In this document: piece after piece, positions 28,601-39,400 of the stretch | Layout: the number at the start of each line of letters is the position of its first letter | Position numbering within the stretch: position 1 is the stretch's first letter | Assembly: GCA_041671225.1 (NCBI GenBank) | Contig: JBAZBY010000001.1 | Span: 494,940 to 558,939 of the forward strand | Source: Patescibacteria group bacterium | Lineage (GTDB): Bacteria > Patescibacteriota > Patescibacteriia > JBAZBY01 | DNA: 64,000 nt | Direction: 5' to 3' | The notes under the pieces: generated by a model | What the model saw: the letters and a program-made list of their open reading frames with translations, nothing else | The model's database searches: none | Told to the model about the DNA's origin: nothing | Position numbers and translations under genes: made by a program

Positions 28601-31363
28601 GATACTGTTCCTGATGGGTGGTCAGGAGGGGGTATTGATAAGCTCAGTGGGGGGTATGATGACAAAACTGCGGTGAAGCTTGAGGGTGGAGGGGATCAAT
28701 GGACGGGTCAGGATATTCCTGTTGTACAGGGCAAAGATTATGTGGTGAGCGGTTGGGTGCGCTCAGAGAATGCCGGCGGCTCCGGAACAGTTCGCACAGA
28801 GTGCGTTGATGCAAACCATAATACTCTTGATGACCACACATGTGAGTTGTGGAGTCGGACGAATAACTGGAATTGGGAACCACAGATCACGAATAGCGAA
28901 TGGACGTTTGTGCAGTACCGTATTCATGCCAATTTGAGCAACGTCGATTTTGTTCGCGTCTTCTGTTATAAGTACGGCGGCAGCGGATCCCTGTGGTGTG
29001 ATAATCTTCGCCTTGAGGAAGTTCCAGAGAGCCTGCTTTGTAATACGGAGGATGTTGGCTGCGAACTTTACACCGCGGTAGAAGATGGCAATGAGATTCC
29101 TGGCATCGCCACATCACAGGATCAATGCGCCGAGGATCAGGTTGGGTGTAAGGCATATCAAGAAGAAGGCATTGATCGTATTCCGATTCGCGACCCGGCT
29201 GATCCCGTCTATTTGATTGCAAAAACTGGCCAGAAGTGCAGTGCCGCAGCTGTTGGGTGTGAAGAATACACCAATCTCAATAAACTCGCAGAAGGCGGTG
29301 AGGCGCTAACCTATTTCACAAATGCCCGTCTTTGCGTGCCGCAAGATCATTCGCTCGTTGTTGCGAATCCTACTGATCACCTCTTTTATTCATGGGTTGG
29401 TACCGCGGAAGATGGATATCAGCTCCGTAAGTGGAATCTTCTGAAGAGTAATTTTGACAATGGTCCGTGTACGAATGTTTCACCGGGAACGGTAACAACC
29501 GAGCCAACATGTAATGATACCCTGACGACTAGGGCGGTATGTGGTCCGGACGCGGGAAATCCCACCGAGCTCTTCAGCAATCCGGATTGCGTTGAATTCT
29601 TTGATGGAAATGCAAACCCGTATTATCGGTATGTTTCACGAACAATTCCTGTTTCTGCAGAGTGTACGCCGTTCCGCAATACCATTGATGAGGCCGCGAA
29701 CAAGGATATCATTTATCATATTCTTCCAAGCGCATCACGAACATGCAGCGCTGCTCAGGCTTTTTGTCGCGAATATAAAGGCTCCACCGGCCAAAATAGA
29801 GTTCAGGTTTTCTATGATGATTTTGAAGACGGCGCAGCAGATGGTTGGGCACCGACGATTATTTCATTTGAATCGCTCACAGGTGGCGGCCACTCTCTTT
29901 CAACCGGAGCAGGAAACACCGTTACGCGCCTGGTCTCGGACATCGCACAAGAAGGGCAGTCATATTTGATCCGCTTGTGGGCAAAGGCGCGGGGTACGGG
30001 GAATCCAACTGATACCATTGCTGCCAAATTTACTAATGGGACTGAAACAGATCAGGCGACAACATCAATAACTCCTGGCGAGTGGAACGCATACACCATT
30101 GGTCCCATCACTATTGATCATCAGGTGAATCCAGGAGAGCAGTTCACCCTTACGCTTGCGGGCGGCGGCTGGGTGGATAACATTGAGATCATTGCAAACG
30201 TCAGCAGCGCGTATCTTATTCAAGGCACGGCAGACACGTGCGATGAGGCAAATGTGAACTGTGCCGCATATCGCACTCGTACGAATGAAACGGTTGCGCT
30301 CAAATCATTCACGCGACTGTGTTCAGAGGAGCAGATTGGTTGTGAGGCGCTTATTGATACGCAAAATTCTGAATCACCGTTCAGCCAGACCGTGCATGGC
30401 ACGACCACGCCAAAGGATAACGCTATTGCGGTGATTAATGATCCGCGCAGGGCATGCAGCGCGCAGGCCGCGGGCTGTGAACCATTTGGTATAGCGAGTT
30501 ATGTGGCCGACGGCACGGTTGCTGATTTCCAGACAACCTATCTTGTGAACGAACCTGATGCGCATGAAAGTATTCTTTGTGATGCGGCTGCGAATTTTTG
30601 CAGGGAATATAACGTACCAGAGACAGGGGGAGTGTCATACTTTAAGGATCCTATTACCCGCTCTTGTGATTATCGCGTCGGTCAGAGTTATTTAGGAACG
30701 GATGTCACTGGGTGGTTCAAGACGGATACCAATGAACTCTGCCCATCGTATAATTTGTGGTGTAAAGTGGGCGGTACCATTCAACCGGCAAATACGCCAA
30801 CACAGCTTGATGCGTGTCTTGCCGTTGATAAGCCATTTATCTATCCAACCAACGGATACAGTCCGCTTACGAAGATTTTCTGTACGGTGGATCCAGGATT
30901 GGATTGTTCGGAAGCACTTCAGGCGGCTGCTTGTCGCACAGGTGGTGGCAGTTGTGTAGCACCGGGGTTGCCCTCTGCGGTATGCGACGGCGGCGATGAT
31001 GATGGCTTTGCCTGTCGCACTGACGCGGATTGCACCAACGGGGGTGCCTGTACGGATGTGTATACCGGCCTGTGTACCACAGCGTTTTCAGGTTGTAACG
31101 CGTATCGGGATCCATTAGACCCAGTCGGGTGTCAGGTGGAATGCAACAATGAGATCGACGCGAGCGGTAATTCGGTTCCGGTCAATGCGTCATGCGAACC
31201 CGATGCAGCTGCAACAACGCCAGGCTGCACCACCTATACGTATATTCGCTCCAGCGTTGAAGGCCGTTCTGCAGATTGTAATAATCAGGTAGACTTTGAA
31301 CGTGGCTGCCGGCCATTCTACGATTCGTCAAACCCAAGTACTTTATTTAACGTTGTCCCATAA
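25670..31363 (+). CDS. Giant (1897 aa) cysteine-rich surface protein with CBM4/9-like beta-sandwich modules
   Basis: N-terminal TM helix. A C-x(4-5)-G-C-x-x-[YF] motif recurs more than ten times (e.g. CTAENAGCQGY, CNEQESGCNEY, CAEDQVGCKAY, CSEEQIGCEAL). CBM-like starts NLVPNGSFE...GWSG and DFEDGAADGW. Confidence 0.8.
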   Translation: MNERGQNQESKPRRGFSIRMAIAAFVLVAILIGGVVFLFPRPVQAFPGEALAAAAWKEIRDSLRYLGQNLNTIRKDALKVTYDITYKNTLRLYLSRIAEDTAVWVASAGTGQEPLFITDPKYFQKLNDAAVGDFVARISTQTFGTDLSPLIGTQVFKDPKSLALVRRVVTTLTSPDKKTQSCNDFCIPTAEGSEQKLQAVRKWQSEGLEHLVPDDPKDLGPVVNCPVSIDDDDKYTLYWKDGEIDSRSIMEWPKIEARVCHGLLSSYIGQLKTEAQATFQACLNECKAFSGQRGKSAAETWTNLKAVDLGAAVESYYSLENNHFGVALSLYNEAAKAGREEEKALRDITPEGGLKPLVSPVSGAVLTPSVLTEERATQAVQESTSAEKIQTGSPWADALGVFSNTLVQKLTERFFAGKCGLNPKECAGPSGSPGTSDLGSLLFSGQRLTSIAAARLQFASLAQISYSVGSPSSDTYSSVDELTASGVLDAGFAQAIEQRFTVQEAINNGLLQGERTFGFDAQRNDPGSNGYGYRAMVYLRRARIIPVGWELAAQYIREYENSGNVLSLQRVVDAFFDCGIDGTDASPYCGLVDPNWVLKAPEQFCKRAGAGDEIISRDFVCDEDTNADGRINCSADPVFGGDLGRWVLQRDQNQCVDVQDCILENDDGTCIAFGYCFEEKPIWRFDGEACPSYYTSCQSYENTAGNISAYLADTVNIDSCTAENAGCQGYCAESSYWGSRDQWTCTADSGKIVYADDDIQSCNEQESGCNEYIRTTNGTNLVPNGSFEIYTGTIDDTTDDSFAGWSGAALAVSSTNTSFGADNVVVAEIAASGSLQARIQTGTPMAGRSFTVGLNTKGATGTCSGTLQVSSGLYSPPVVPVSFGSFWQQNASTFSVPNNASADTYVDIEIIPTGCAGQIDVAYLTLGDAFYNYTDYGTTNRIYLNAYGDNLLANSDFSYDAGKDFDPDWVGDNTTENDTVPDGWSGGGIDKLSGGYDDKTAVKLEGGGDQWTGQDIPVVQGKDYVVSGWVRSENAGGSGTVRTECVDANHNTLDDHTCELWSRTNNWNWEPQITNSEWTFVQYRIHANLSNVDFVRVFCYKYGGSGSLWCDNLRLEEVPESLLCNTEDVGCELYTAVEDGNEIPGIATSQDQCAEDQVGCKAYQEEGIDRIPIRDPADPVYLIAKTGQKCSAAAVGCEEYTNLNKLAEGGEALTYFTNARLCVPQDHSLVVANPTDHLFYSWVGTAEDGYQLRKWNLLKSNFDNGPCTNVSPGTVTTEPTCNDTLTTRAVCGPDAGNPTELFSNPDCVEFFDGNANPYYRYVSRTIPVSAECTPFRNTIDEAANKDIIYHILPSASRTCSAAQAFCREYKGSTGQNRVQVFYDDFEDGAADGWAPTIISFESLTGGGHSLSTGAGNTVTRLVSDIAQEGQSYLIRLWAKARGTGNPTDTIAAKFTNGTETDQATTSITPGEWNAYTIGPITIDHQVNPGEQFTLTLAGGGWVDNIEIIANVSSAYLIQGTADTCDEANVNCAAYRTRTNETVALKSFTRLCSEEQIGCEALIDTQNSESPFSQTVHGTTTPKDNAIAVINDPRRACSAQAAGCEPFGIASYVADGTVADFQTTYLVNEPDAHESILCDAAANFCREYNVPETGGVSYFKDPITRSCDYRVGQSYLGTDVTGWFKTDTNELCPSYNLWCKVGGTIQPANTPTQLDACLAVDKPFIYPTNGYSPLTKIFCTVDPGLDCSEALQAAACRTGGGSCVAPGLPSAVCDGGDDDGFACRTDADCTNGGACTDVYTGLCTTAFSGCNAYRDPLDPVGCQVECNNEIDASGNSVPVNASCEPDAAATTPGCTTYTYIRSSVEGRSADCNNQVDFERGCRPFYDSSNPSTLFNVVP

Positions 31364-31386
31364 TGAGACTTAAGGAGGTGAAATAT

Positions 31387-34300
31387 ATGCGCCCTATTAT
31401 CACAGGAGTTTTACTCCTGGCAGTCAGTTTTGCTACTGCAGCGTTTGTGTTTCCTAGTGAAGTGCACGCACTGCCGAATGATATTCTGTATACCAACCAC
31501 CAGGATAGCATTACCCCAAAAGGGATAATACTTGATGGATCCTTTATTTGGGTTATAAGTCACACTCAGGATGGGTATCCGAGTATCGGCAACGGCCTCT
31601 TTAAGTTAAACAAGAGCGATCTCTCCATTGCACTTTCTGTTGTGAATCCTGAGCCGACGGTTATGGATCAAGATATTGTTATTGCTGGGGGCTATGTTTG
31701 GTGGATTAAAGGCCATATTATTTATCGCCTTGATGCCGCGGGTAATATTATTCACACATATAATTATCAAAATCTTAATCCCATACTTGAGGAGTTTTAT
31801 AATTGTGATTCTTTTGGCAAGGCAGTGTCCGATGGTACGTATCTTTATGTCGCGAATGCAGTCACTGCGGGGTCTGGTATTTGTAAGATACGGATAACGG
31901 ATGGCGTGGTAATGGATTGGTTTCCAGTCGGTGAGCAGTACGACACCATCTTGGATATTTTTTATCTAAATGGCAATCTGTATTTTTACCGCAAGATAAC
32001 CGGAGATATTGTTGAGATGAATCCAAGCACCGGTGCTTTTCTGCGACACCAGTCGGCGGGGGGCTTAAGTACCGCACCCACAGAAACCGGAGATTTTATT
32101 GGGACGTCCCCTGATTTCATTAACCGTTTAACCGGCTCGACCTTTACTGTGGATCATACATATAGTGCACTCGCCCACGACTTTAGCTTTTCCCTTGCTG
32201 CTCCTGGCTCAGGAAAGCACATTCTTTTTGCTGGCAATAAGATCAACTATATATCAGAACCGCCGAATGGATTGGATGAAATCAGTACGCCGGATTATAC
32301 CCTACTCAACGCCGAGACCGTTTATGATGGGGTTCTTGATGGAAATATTCTGTATACTATTTCTGGTCCTGCTATTGCGCGGTATGACCTCACTGCCTTT
32401 TTGGGCATTCCCGTGACTGGTCCTGCAACCGATGAAATTCCTTCGCTCGGCGTTATGATAACAAGTGATCCAACGGCAACGGTTGCTGGCAACACTGCGA
32501 ATTTTGCATGGCAGACTGCCCCCAATCCCGGAACAAGTTGGGGCTCATATCGTGATAGCGACCCCATATCCATGACATCAATGAATATCACCACAGAAAC
32601 GTTGCGTGATATTGATTGCCAGGGCACGCGTTGCTTTGCCGTTGGGCATAACGGCGTGATTCATCGCAGTACCAATGTCACGACCTGGAGCGCGCAGACA
32701 TCCGGAACCAGTAATGATCTCTTCAGCGTTTCTGCCGTATCCCCTGATATAGCGTGGGCAGTTGGGGAAGCCGGAACCATTTTGAGGACTGCCAATGGAG
32801 GCAGTACATGGACAGCGCAGACATCACCCTATGGCACTGTTGCGCACATTAACAGCGTGTTTGCCATTGATAGCAATACCGCATGGGCAGTCACCAGTAC
32901 CGGCAAGGTTATACGCACGACTGATGGCTATGCATGGTCAGAGGCGGCTTCACTTGCAACAAATGTCCCAATGAATGCCATCATGTTCGCAAAAAACAGC
33001 GATGGCACGCTTTCGGGTTGTGTTGCGGGGGACGCTGGTAACCTCTGGCGCTATGATAGTGGTACAACGTTCACAAAATTGACCACAAATGATACCTCAT
33101 CTGGTCTTGAAGGCTGTTCGGTTTCTACACAGCCAGGGAGTCATACCGCATTTCAAATGTTTGGCGTTGCGCGCAACGGGAAGGTCTGGCGCCATGATTA
33201 CTCAGGAACAGGAACAACCTCACTCACGAACCCCCTCTTTTCTGGTTTAGCACACAAGAGCGTACAAATGTATCCTGGCGGGCGGGTCTGGATCGGCGAT
33301 TCAAATGGCAAGGCACTCTATTCTGATGATGCAGGTCTTTCATGGACATTGATCAATCTTGGCGCTTCCACGACCGGATTCCTCGGGCTGTATGTCTATG
33401 AACCGACCGACGTCGTCTTTGTGGGAACCAACGGTGGTAACTTCCGTTATCAGGCAATTTATGGAACCACTTTTGGGCCGTCTACCTATCTCAATTCACA
33501 TAACATCCCCACACCAGCGCTCGCAGAACTCACAACGTATCATTACAAAGTTGCCTCACAAACCGCAGCGGGCGCGTATGTTGGGAGTTGGGATTATACT
33601 TTTGATACCGGTTTTGATGACACCACTCCGCCAACATGGCCAACGCCAAACGTCAACGGCACAAAGGCTTGCAGCGGAAGCACCATACAGTACACATTAA
33701 CGTGGGATCAGGCAACGGATGCAGAATCCGGTATTGACCACTATGAAGTCTGGCGATCGGTCAACTCTTCATTACCCACGAGCTACTCAAAGGTCAATGG
33801 AAATATTGCCGCAACAGGGCCTTACACCCTCACTGATCCGGGGCCGTTGAATCCGGGTTCAACGTATCGCTATATTGTCCGCGCGTATAATCGTGCCGAG
33901 CTATATACTGAATCGCCGGTACATTCCATTGTACCCGGAACGCCAACATTCAATATCACATGGGAAGGTCCTCAACCATTGCCGCCGCATGTAACGGTTA
34001 CCAAAGGCGATCCCGGCGTGTACCAGATCAATGTGACGCGTGATTGGTGTTTTGCCGGAACAATTGCTTGGAGCTATGTCAGTTCAACGCCGCCGACCGG
34101 CCAACCTGCAATGGCAGGCACAATGTATACCTTTGGCCCGGAGACGAGCGGTATTGTGCAGATGAATGTTGCAACATCAGCCCTCGGCCTGGGGACCTAC
34201 ACGAATATGAAGGTGAAGGGTGTCAGTGGCACCACAAAGTATGTTGACCTTGCAAAACTCACCATCGAGTCTACTGATACTACCCCGCCATCAGCCCCCA

Positions 34301-36492
34301 CTGTTGATGGTGAACTGCAATGTTCCGGCACAACAGGCCGGACTATTGTGCTCAATTGGAGCGAGGCGGTGGATCTAGAAACCGGCATCAGCAAATATGA
34401 AGTATATCGCTGCACCGGAGCCTCATGCACGTTCCCCACGACTCCTCTTACAACGCTGACAGGTTCGCCACCCCCAACAACATATACCGACGCTACCGTC
34501 TCACCAAATTTGACGTATAAGTATAAGGTGATCGCGTATAACGGTGGTGTTCCTCCAATGCCTATCACTTCCAACATCTTTACGAAGAGTACCACTACCG
34601 CAGATTGCGATAATGACATATCTGCACCAACCGCTCCGGTCTTGACAGTAACTGCGGAGTGTAGCCTAGGGAATCTTCATAACGTGAGTCTTTCATGGAC
34701 TCCCGCGGTGGATAATGAATCCAATATCGTACGATATGAAATCTTCCGCAATGGAACGTTGATCGCAACAGTCGGCGGGGGAACAACTTCCTATCCAGAT
34801 CTTGGTCTTGCGCCGGGAACATACAGTTATGTCATTGACGCGTGGAATGATGCAACACCTGCGCTCAAGGTATCAAGCCAAGCCAAGAGTATCACGCTGG
34901 ATGCCGCCGGCCTTTCTGTGAATGTCATTGCGCCGGCAACAAAGTCAATTACCGTGGCAAGCGGCAACCCTGCAGTCTACACCGTGCAGGTGACGCCGCA
35001 AGGATGTTTTGCCGACGTCGCAACGTTATCACTAGGAACGGTGCCTGCGCCTATCAGCACAAGCAACACAACCTTTAACCCGTCCACATTGGCGCTTTCT
35101 GGCGGCGCACCAAAGTCAGCACTCATGACCATTGATACCACTGGATTTTTATCCGGAACTTATCAACCGATAAACATCAATGCCAACTCTCCCACGGCAA
35201 ATGCAAGTGTGCCGCAGAGTCCAAATCCAGTAACGCTCATCATTGATAGCAGTGTTTGTACGGATGGAACCCCAAATTTAACGTGCGTTGAGGAACGCAC
35301 TGGGAATGAATCTGACCTGCCAGTATTCTGCGATACGAGCCAGACCCCAGAACTCTTTGACAATTGCGGAGATGCCAGTGGACCGATTTGTGGATGCCCA
35401 GTGTGGACTGCAACCCCTGCAACAGACAAACCATACTGTAATATAACAACCGGTTCATGTGAGTTGAAGTGTTCGGATGGAACAGATCACCTCACTTGCT
35501 CAACGGTGACTCCCGGTTCATATTGTGACCTCACTGAGAGTTTTGACCCGGTTGAGAATTGTAATGAATGTGATGCGCCGGGTGACGGGTATTGTGACGC
35601 CGCAAATGAAATGTGTGATGCAGATACAGGATTGTGCGAAATCGATGATATTCCCCCCGCATTAACCTGCCCAGTCACATGCGTTGGAGGAACCGATTAC
35701 ATCACTGTTTCATGGTGTACTGATGAAGATGCCACATCGCTGGTAAATTATGGTCTTGCTTCAGGTTTTTTGCCTGGTTCAAAGGGTGATACTGCATACG
35801 TGAAGAATCACACTGTCAATATTACTGGATTACTTCCGGATGCAGAGTATTATTATCGCGCATTGAGTAAAGATATATTTGGGAATCTCTTCACGTCACC
35901 AGAAATGACCTGTAGCACTGCGTCCATACCAGATGGAGAGCCACCATCATGTGACATTACTGACCCATTAAATGGCGCGACTGTTTCAAACACCATTCCC
36001 TTCAGTGCGATTGCTTCAGACAATATTGGTGTAGTCGGAGTCGATTTTACAGCGGCGAGTGTTTTTCAAACAACAGTTACAACCCCCCCATACACAATGT
36101 CACTGAACACAAAAGCACTTCCTGATGGCACTGTGCAGCTGAGCATCAAAGCGCGCGATGGCGCATCTCCTGTACCGAACACATGTGAAAAGGATATTTT
36201 AGTAACCGTGAATAACGATGCGGCTGGTCCGCAGCTTGTGGGAGATATTGATTATGAATTCTTTAACTCTGGCAGAAACGTACGTATCAGATGGACCACT
36301 GATGAAGCATCGAGTGGAGAACTGCGATATGGAGAACAAGGAAAACAAAACACATGGACAGAATCAGTGCCCTATTCACTTGCGACCTCGCATGAGATCG
36401 AACTCGGTCCATTTCCGTTTGGTTTCCCAGTTGGATTTGCAATTTGGGCCTGTGATGCGTTGAGTAATTGTAATTACTTGTCTCCCAACTAA
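31387..36492 (+). CDS. Giant (about 1700 aa) surface protein with BNR/Asp-box beta-propeller repeats, FN3 domains and a Cys-rich C-region
   Basis: SD TAAGGAGGTG at 31371-31380, then ATG at 31387 with a signal peptide. Asp-box motifs (SxDxGxTW: ANGGSTWTAQ, SDDAGLSWT). FN3 repeats (WDQATDAESGIDHYEVWRS; WSEAVDLETGISKYEVYRC). C-terminal purple-acid-phosphatase-N-like FN3. Confidence 0.8.
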   Translation: MRPIITGVLLLAVSFATAAFVFPSEVHALPNDILYTNHQDSITPKGIILDGSFIWVISHTQDGYPSIGNGLFKLNKSDLSIALSVVNPEPTVMDQDIVIAGGYVWWIKGHIIYRLDAAGNIIHTYNYQNLNPILEEFYNCDSFGKAVSDGTYLYVANAVTAGSGICKIRITDGVVMDWFPVGEQYDTILDIFYLNGNLYFYRKITGDIVEMNPSTGAFLRHQSAGGLSTAPTETGDFIGTSPDFINRLTGSTFTVDHTYSALAHDFSFSLAAPGSGKHILFAGNKINYISEPPNGLDEISTPDYTLLNAETVYDGVLDGNILYTISGPAIARYDLTAFLGIPVTGPATDEIPSLGVMITSDPTATVAGNTANFAWQTAPNPGTSWGSYRDSDPISMTSMNITTETLRDIDCQGTRCFAVGHNGVIHRSTNVTTWSAQTSGTSNDLFSVSAVSPDIAWAVGEAGTILRTANGGSTWTAQTSPYGTVAHINSVFAIDSNTAWAVTSTGKVIRTTDGYAWSEAASLATNVPMNAIMFAKNSDGTLSGCVAGDAGNLWRYDSGTTFTKLTTNDTSSGLEGCSVSTQPGSHTAFQMFGVARNGKVWRHDYSGTGTTSLTNPLFSGLAHKSVQMYPGGRVWIGDSNGKALYSDDAGLSWTLINLGASTTGFLGLYVYEPTDVVFVGTNGGNFRYQAIYGTTFGPSTYLNSHNIPTPALAELTTYHYKVASQTAAGAYVGSWDYTFDTGFDDTTPPTWPTPNVNGTKACSGSTIQYTLTWDQATDAESGIDHYEVWRSVNSSLPTSYSKVNGNIAATGPYTLTDPGPLNPGSTYRYIVRAYNRAELYTESPVHSIVPGTPTFNITWEGPQPLPPHVTVTKGDPGVYQINVTRDWCFAGTIAWSYVSSTPPTGQPAMAGTMYTFGPETSGIVQMNVATSALGLGTYTNMKVKGVSGTTKYVDLAKLTIESTDTTPPSAPTVDGELQCSGTTGRTIVLNWSEAVDLETGISKYEVYRCTGASCTFPTTPLTTLTGSPPPTTYTDATVSPNLTYKYKVIAYNGGVPPMPITSNIFTKSTTTADCDNDISAPTAPVLTVTAECSLGNLHNVSLSWTPAVDNESNIVRYEIFRNGTLIATVGGGTTSYPDLGLAPGTYSYVIDAWNDATPALKVSSQAKSITLDAAGLSVNVIAPATKSITVASGNPAVYTVQVTPQGCFADVATLSLGTVPAPISTSNTTFNPSTLALSGGAPKSALMTIDTTGFLSGTYQPININANSPTANASVPQSPNPVTLIIDSSVCTDGTPNLTCVEERTGNESDLPVFCDTSQTPELFDNCGDASGPICGCPVWTATPATDKPYCNITTGSCELKCSDGTDHLTCSTVTPGSYCDLTESFDPVENCNECDAPGDGYCDAANEMCDADTGLCEIDDIPPALTCPVTCVGGTDYITVSWCTDEDATSLVNYGLASGFLPGSKGDTAYVKNHTVNITGLLPDAEYYYRALSKDIFGNLFTSPEMTCSTASIPDGEPPSCDITDPLNGATVSNTIPFSAIASDNIGVVGVDFTAASVFQTTVTTPPYTMSLNTKALPDGTVQLSIKARDGASPVPNTCEKDILVTVNNDAAGPQLVGDIDYEFFNSGRNVRIRWTTDEASSGELRYGEQGKQNTWTESVPYSLATSHEIELGPFPFGFPVGFAIWACDALSNCNYLSPN

Positions 36493-39400
36493 TGACGAAT
36501 CGCCTTTACAATACGGTGTTCCGCTCGCTCCTGCAGCTTGTTGTTGTTTTTGGGGGTATGGTGCTATTTGTGCAGTCAGTATCTGCGTTGGCCATTAATC
36601 CTCCTGGGCCAAGGGTGCAATCTGTCACCGCGACAAGCGCAACGGTGTATTGGACAACTGACGCAGCTGCTGATGCAACGGTTGAACTAACAGATACCGT
36701 TACTGGTACAGTAAAATCAAGCACTATCAGTGCGCCTTCTACGATCCACACGGTTATTGTTGAATCTTTGTCGCCTTCAACCACATATACGTATACCGTA
36801 ACATCATTTGATGGCACTAATACTGTCAGTGCGACAGGCGCCACAAATATTGTAACACCGGCAAATATCGGCGATACCACTGCTCCAAAACTTCTTTCTC
36901 CTGGCGTGGGCGTGAGTTGTGGTGCTGTTTCGTGTACGGCGTATGTGCTGTATCAATCCGACGAGTTGGCTATTTCAAAGGTATGGTGGGGTCTTACGTC
37001 ACCCCCAGCAAACGGACCACTCACCACAGGCATTTATGACACGAATTTCTCAACATCAATTACGTCTTTGTCGCATGCAACCGATTATTTCTATACCATT
37101 CATCTTCAGGATGCAGCTGGTAACTTCCGGGAATACGGACCGTTAACCTTTACGACATGCGCTGTCGGAGAAATCGGATGTTTTTCCGTTGGCCAGTGTT
37201 TTGATGGCACGCCGCTTGGTTCATGTAATGAAAAGGCAGAATATTGCGACGGCGGCACGCTCGAACTCAACTGCACAGCATGCGGCTATCAATGCCAAAT
37301 TGGCGCAACATGCAAGACAGGCGGCGCCTGCATCAGTGATCCGCCCGTAACGGACAATACCTATCAATGTAATCCCATTTCTTGTTATGAGCCGGATGGA
37401 ACCTTCACCCAACCCGCTGGCGCAGGGTGCTTTCGCAGCTGGCCAAAGTGTAACTCAAATGTCGTGCTCAAGGTCCGCAATGATCGCGAATGCAAGCGCT
37501 GGATTGATTGCAGAAGTTCCATCGAGGTCAAAGATCCTGTTTCAAAGAGCGTGCAGCAGCTTTGCACAAGCCTTGCCAATTGCGCGCAGATTGACGTTAC
37601 CACCGGTGAGTGCACGCGCTTCTTGCCTGAACGGCAATGCCAGTTCAATCCCGGGCGTTTTTGTTCAAAAAATGAAGATTGCGCTGTTTTTGATGAAGGC
37701 GATTGTCTCCCCGCAGGAACTTCCAGCGCGTTGACCTTTAACACGAACCGCGATCTTGGGAATATTCGTTATCTGACGGGCGCGGTCAAGGCGGGACTGG
37801 AATGGAGCGCTGGTGGTGCGGTATCAGGGCAGTACCCCTGGGCGTTTGCGCGTGAGGATGGGGCATCCGTGAATGTGCTTGATAACAATGAGTTCGAAGA
37901 TGTTGAGGAAGTGTACACGCGTGATGCTCAAGGTGTTGCTATAACAAAAAAGCAATTTACTACGGACCCATGGTTCCCGGTTGGCGGGGTTATAAATGCT
38001 GGTACGCCTCAACAAGAAAATCTTGAATTGGATACAAATGGCAAAGCGTCAAAAATAACAGTGAATAGCGAAAATGCGCAGGATTTGAATAATCCAAATC
38101 ATGTTCTCTGGATATATCCAAACAGTAATGAATTTTCAGGTGCGCGTGCCCCTGTTTCCGGATTTTTTGCAACTGATAAGGATCAATATCAGATATCCTT
38201 GCGTATCAAGGGTACCGGTCTCTCTGATCAGGTTGTTCTCATTCAGCTTTTGCACAAAAATACTCTTGGAGAATTTGAGTACCCTGAAGACGCACGCACA
38301 TACGTGAAATTGACAACAGGATGGCAGAATGTTGCGTTTCAGGCGAATGGCGTTTCAAGTACAACATATCTTCAAATTGTGAATACATTCGGCGGACAGT
38401 GTCTTGGGGCTGGCACGTATTGCCGTGAAGATAGTGAATGTCCGGACGTTGCGTTTGGCAAGCCCGGCAAATGCATGGGCGCCCTTGATCAGGTTGCTGA
38501 CCCAAGTCCATTTTTAGTTGATGATGTATATATTCAGCCATCCCTGAAAGTTTCGAATTCAGACTCGATTGCCCGTTCGTGCCGTTTGTTTCCACGCGGG
38601 GATTCACTCTCCTGCGCGTATAATGACCAAAATGGCATACAATATCAAGGCTGGCGCGGTTTTTGTCTGGAGCAAGATCCCAGTAACGCATCAAAGTGCG
38701 TTTCATGGTGGCCGGTTGACGTGATTGCCGGCGACACCGCTGTTTTGGGGAGTTTTGGTGGAGAAACGCAAGACGGGTATGCCGGCCGCAAACCTGTTTA
38801 TTACTGTCTTGAGGCTGCTGGCAGAGCAATGGGCGTTGAGATAGATCGCTATCAGATTACGGCAAAGTACTTCATGAGCCGTTGTGCAAACTGCACGTTT
38901 CCTGATTTTCCCGATGCAGGTTGGCCGGAGAGTACATCTGAGTGTAATGGAAAAGAATCAGGTGGCGTCTGGGGCGAGTCCTTTTGGGTCTGTGGCGATA
39001 ATGAATCATCAAGCTGGGACATCGAGCCAGATTGGCCGGAATATGATTTTTACCAGTATGAAATTGATAGTATTGAGGTTAAGCGAACAAATGGACGCGG
39101 TGAATACCCCGCAAATTTCTTCTTAACGGAAGAAGATCGGCATCTTGATAGTTCTAATAATGAATACTGGGAATTTGTTCAAGCCAGCAGCTCAACGAAG
39201 AACTTACTACGATTTCAAGTGCATTTTGATGTGAATGGGAAGGTTGCCAGTTATTCTGCAGAAACCGACGATGATACGGAGGACAAAAACGAACCCGGAT
39301 TATTTCTTATCTACTACCATATGAGGGAATGGTGTAACAAGATTGTTCAGGTTGTTGATGACAGTGGTCAGAACAAAGCATGGACACAACGCCTACAGCC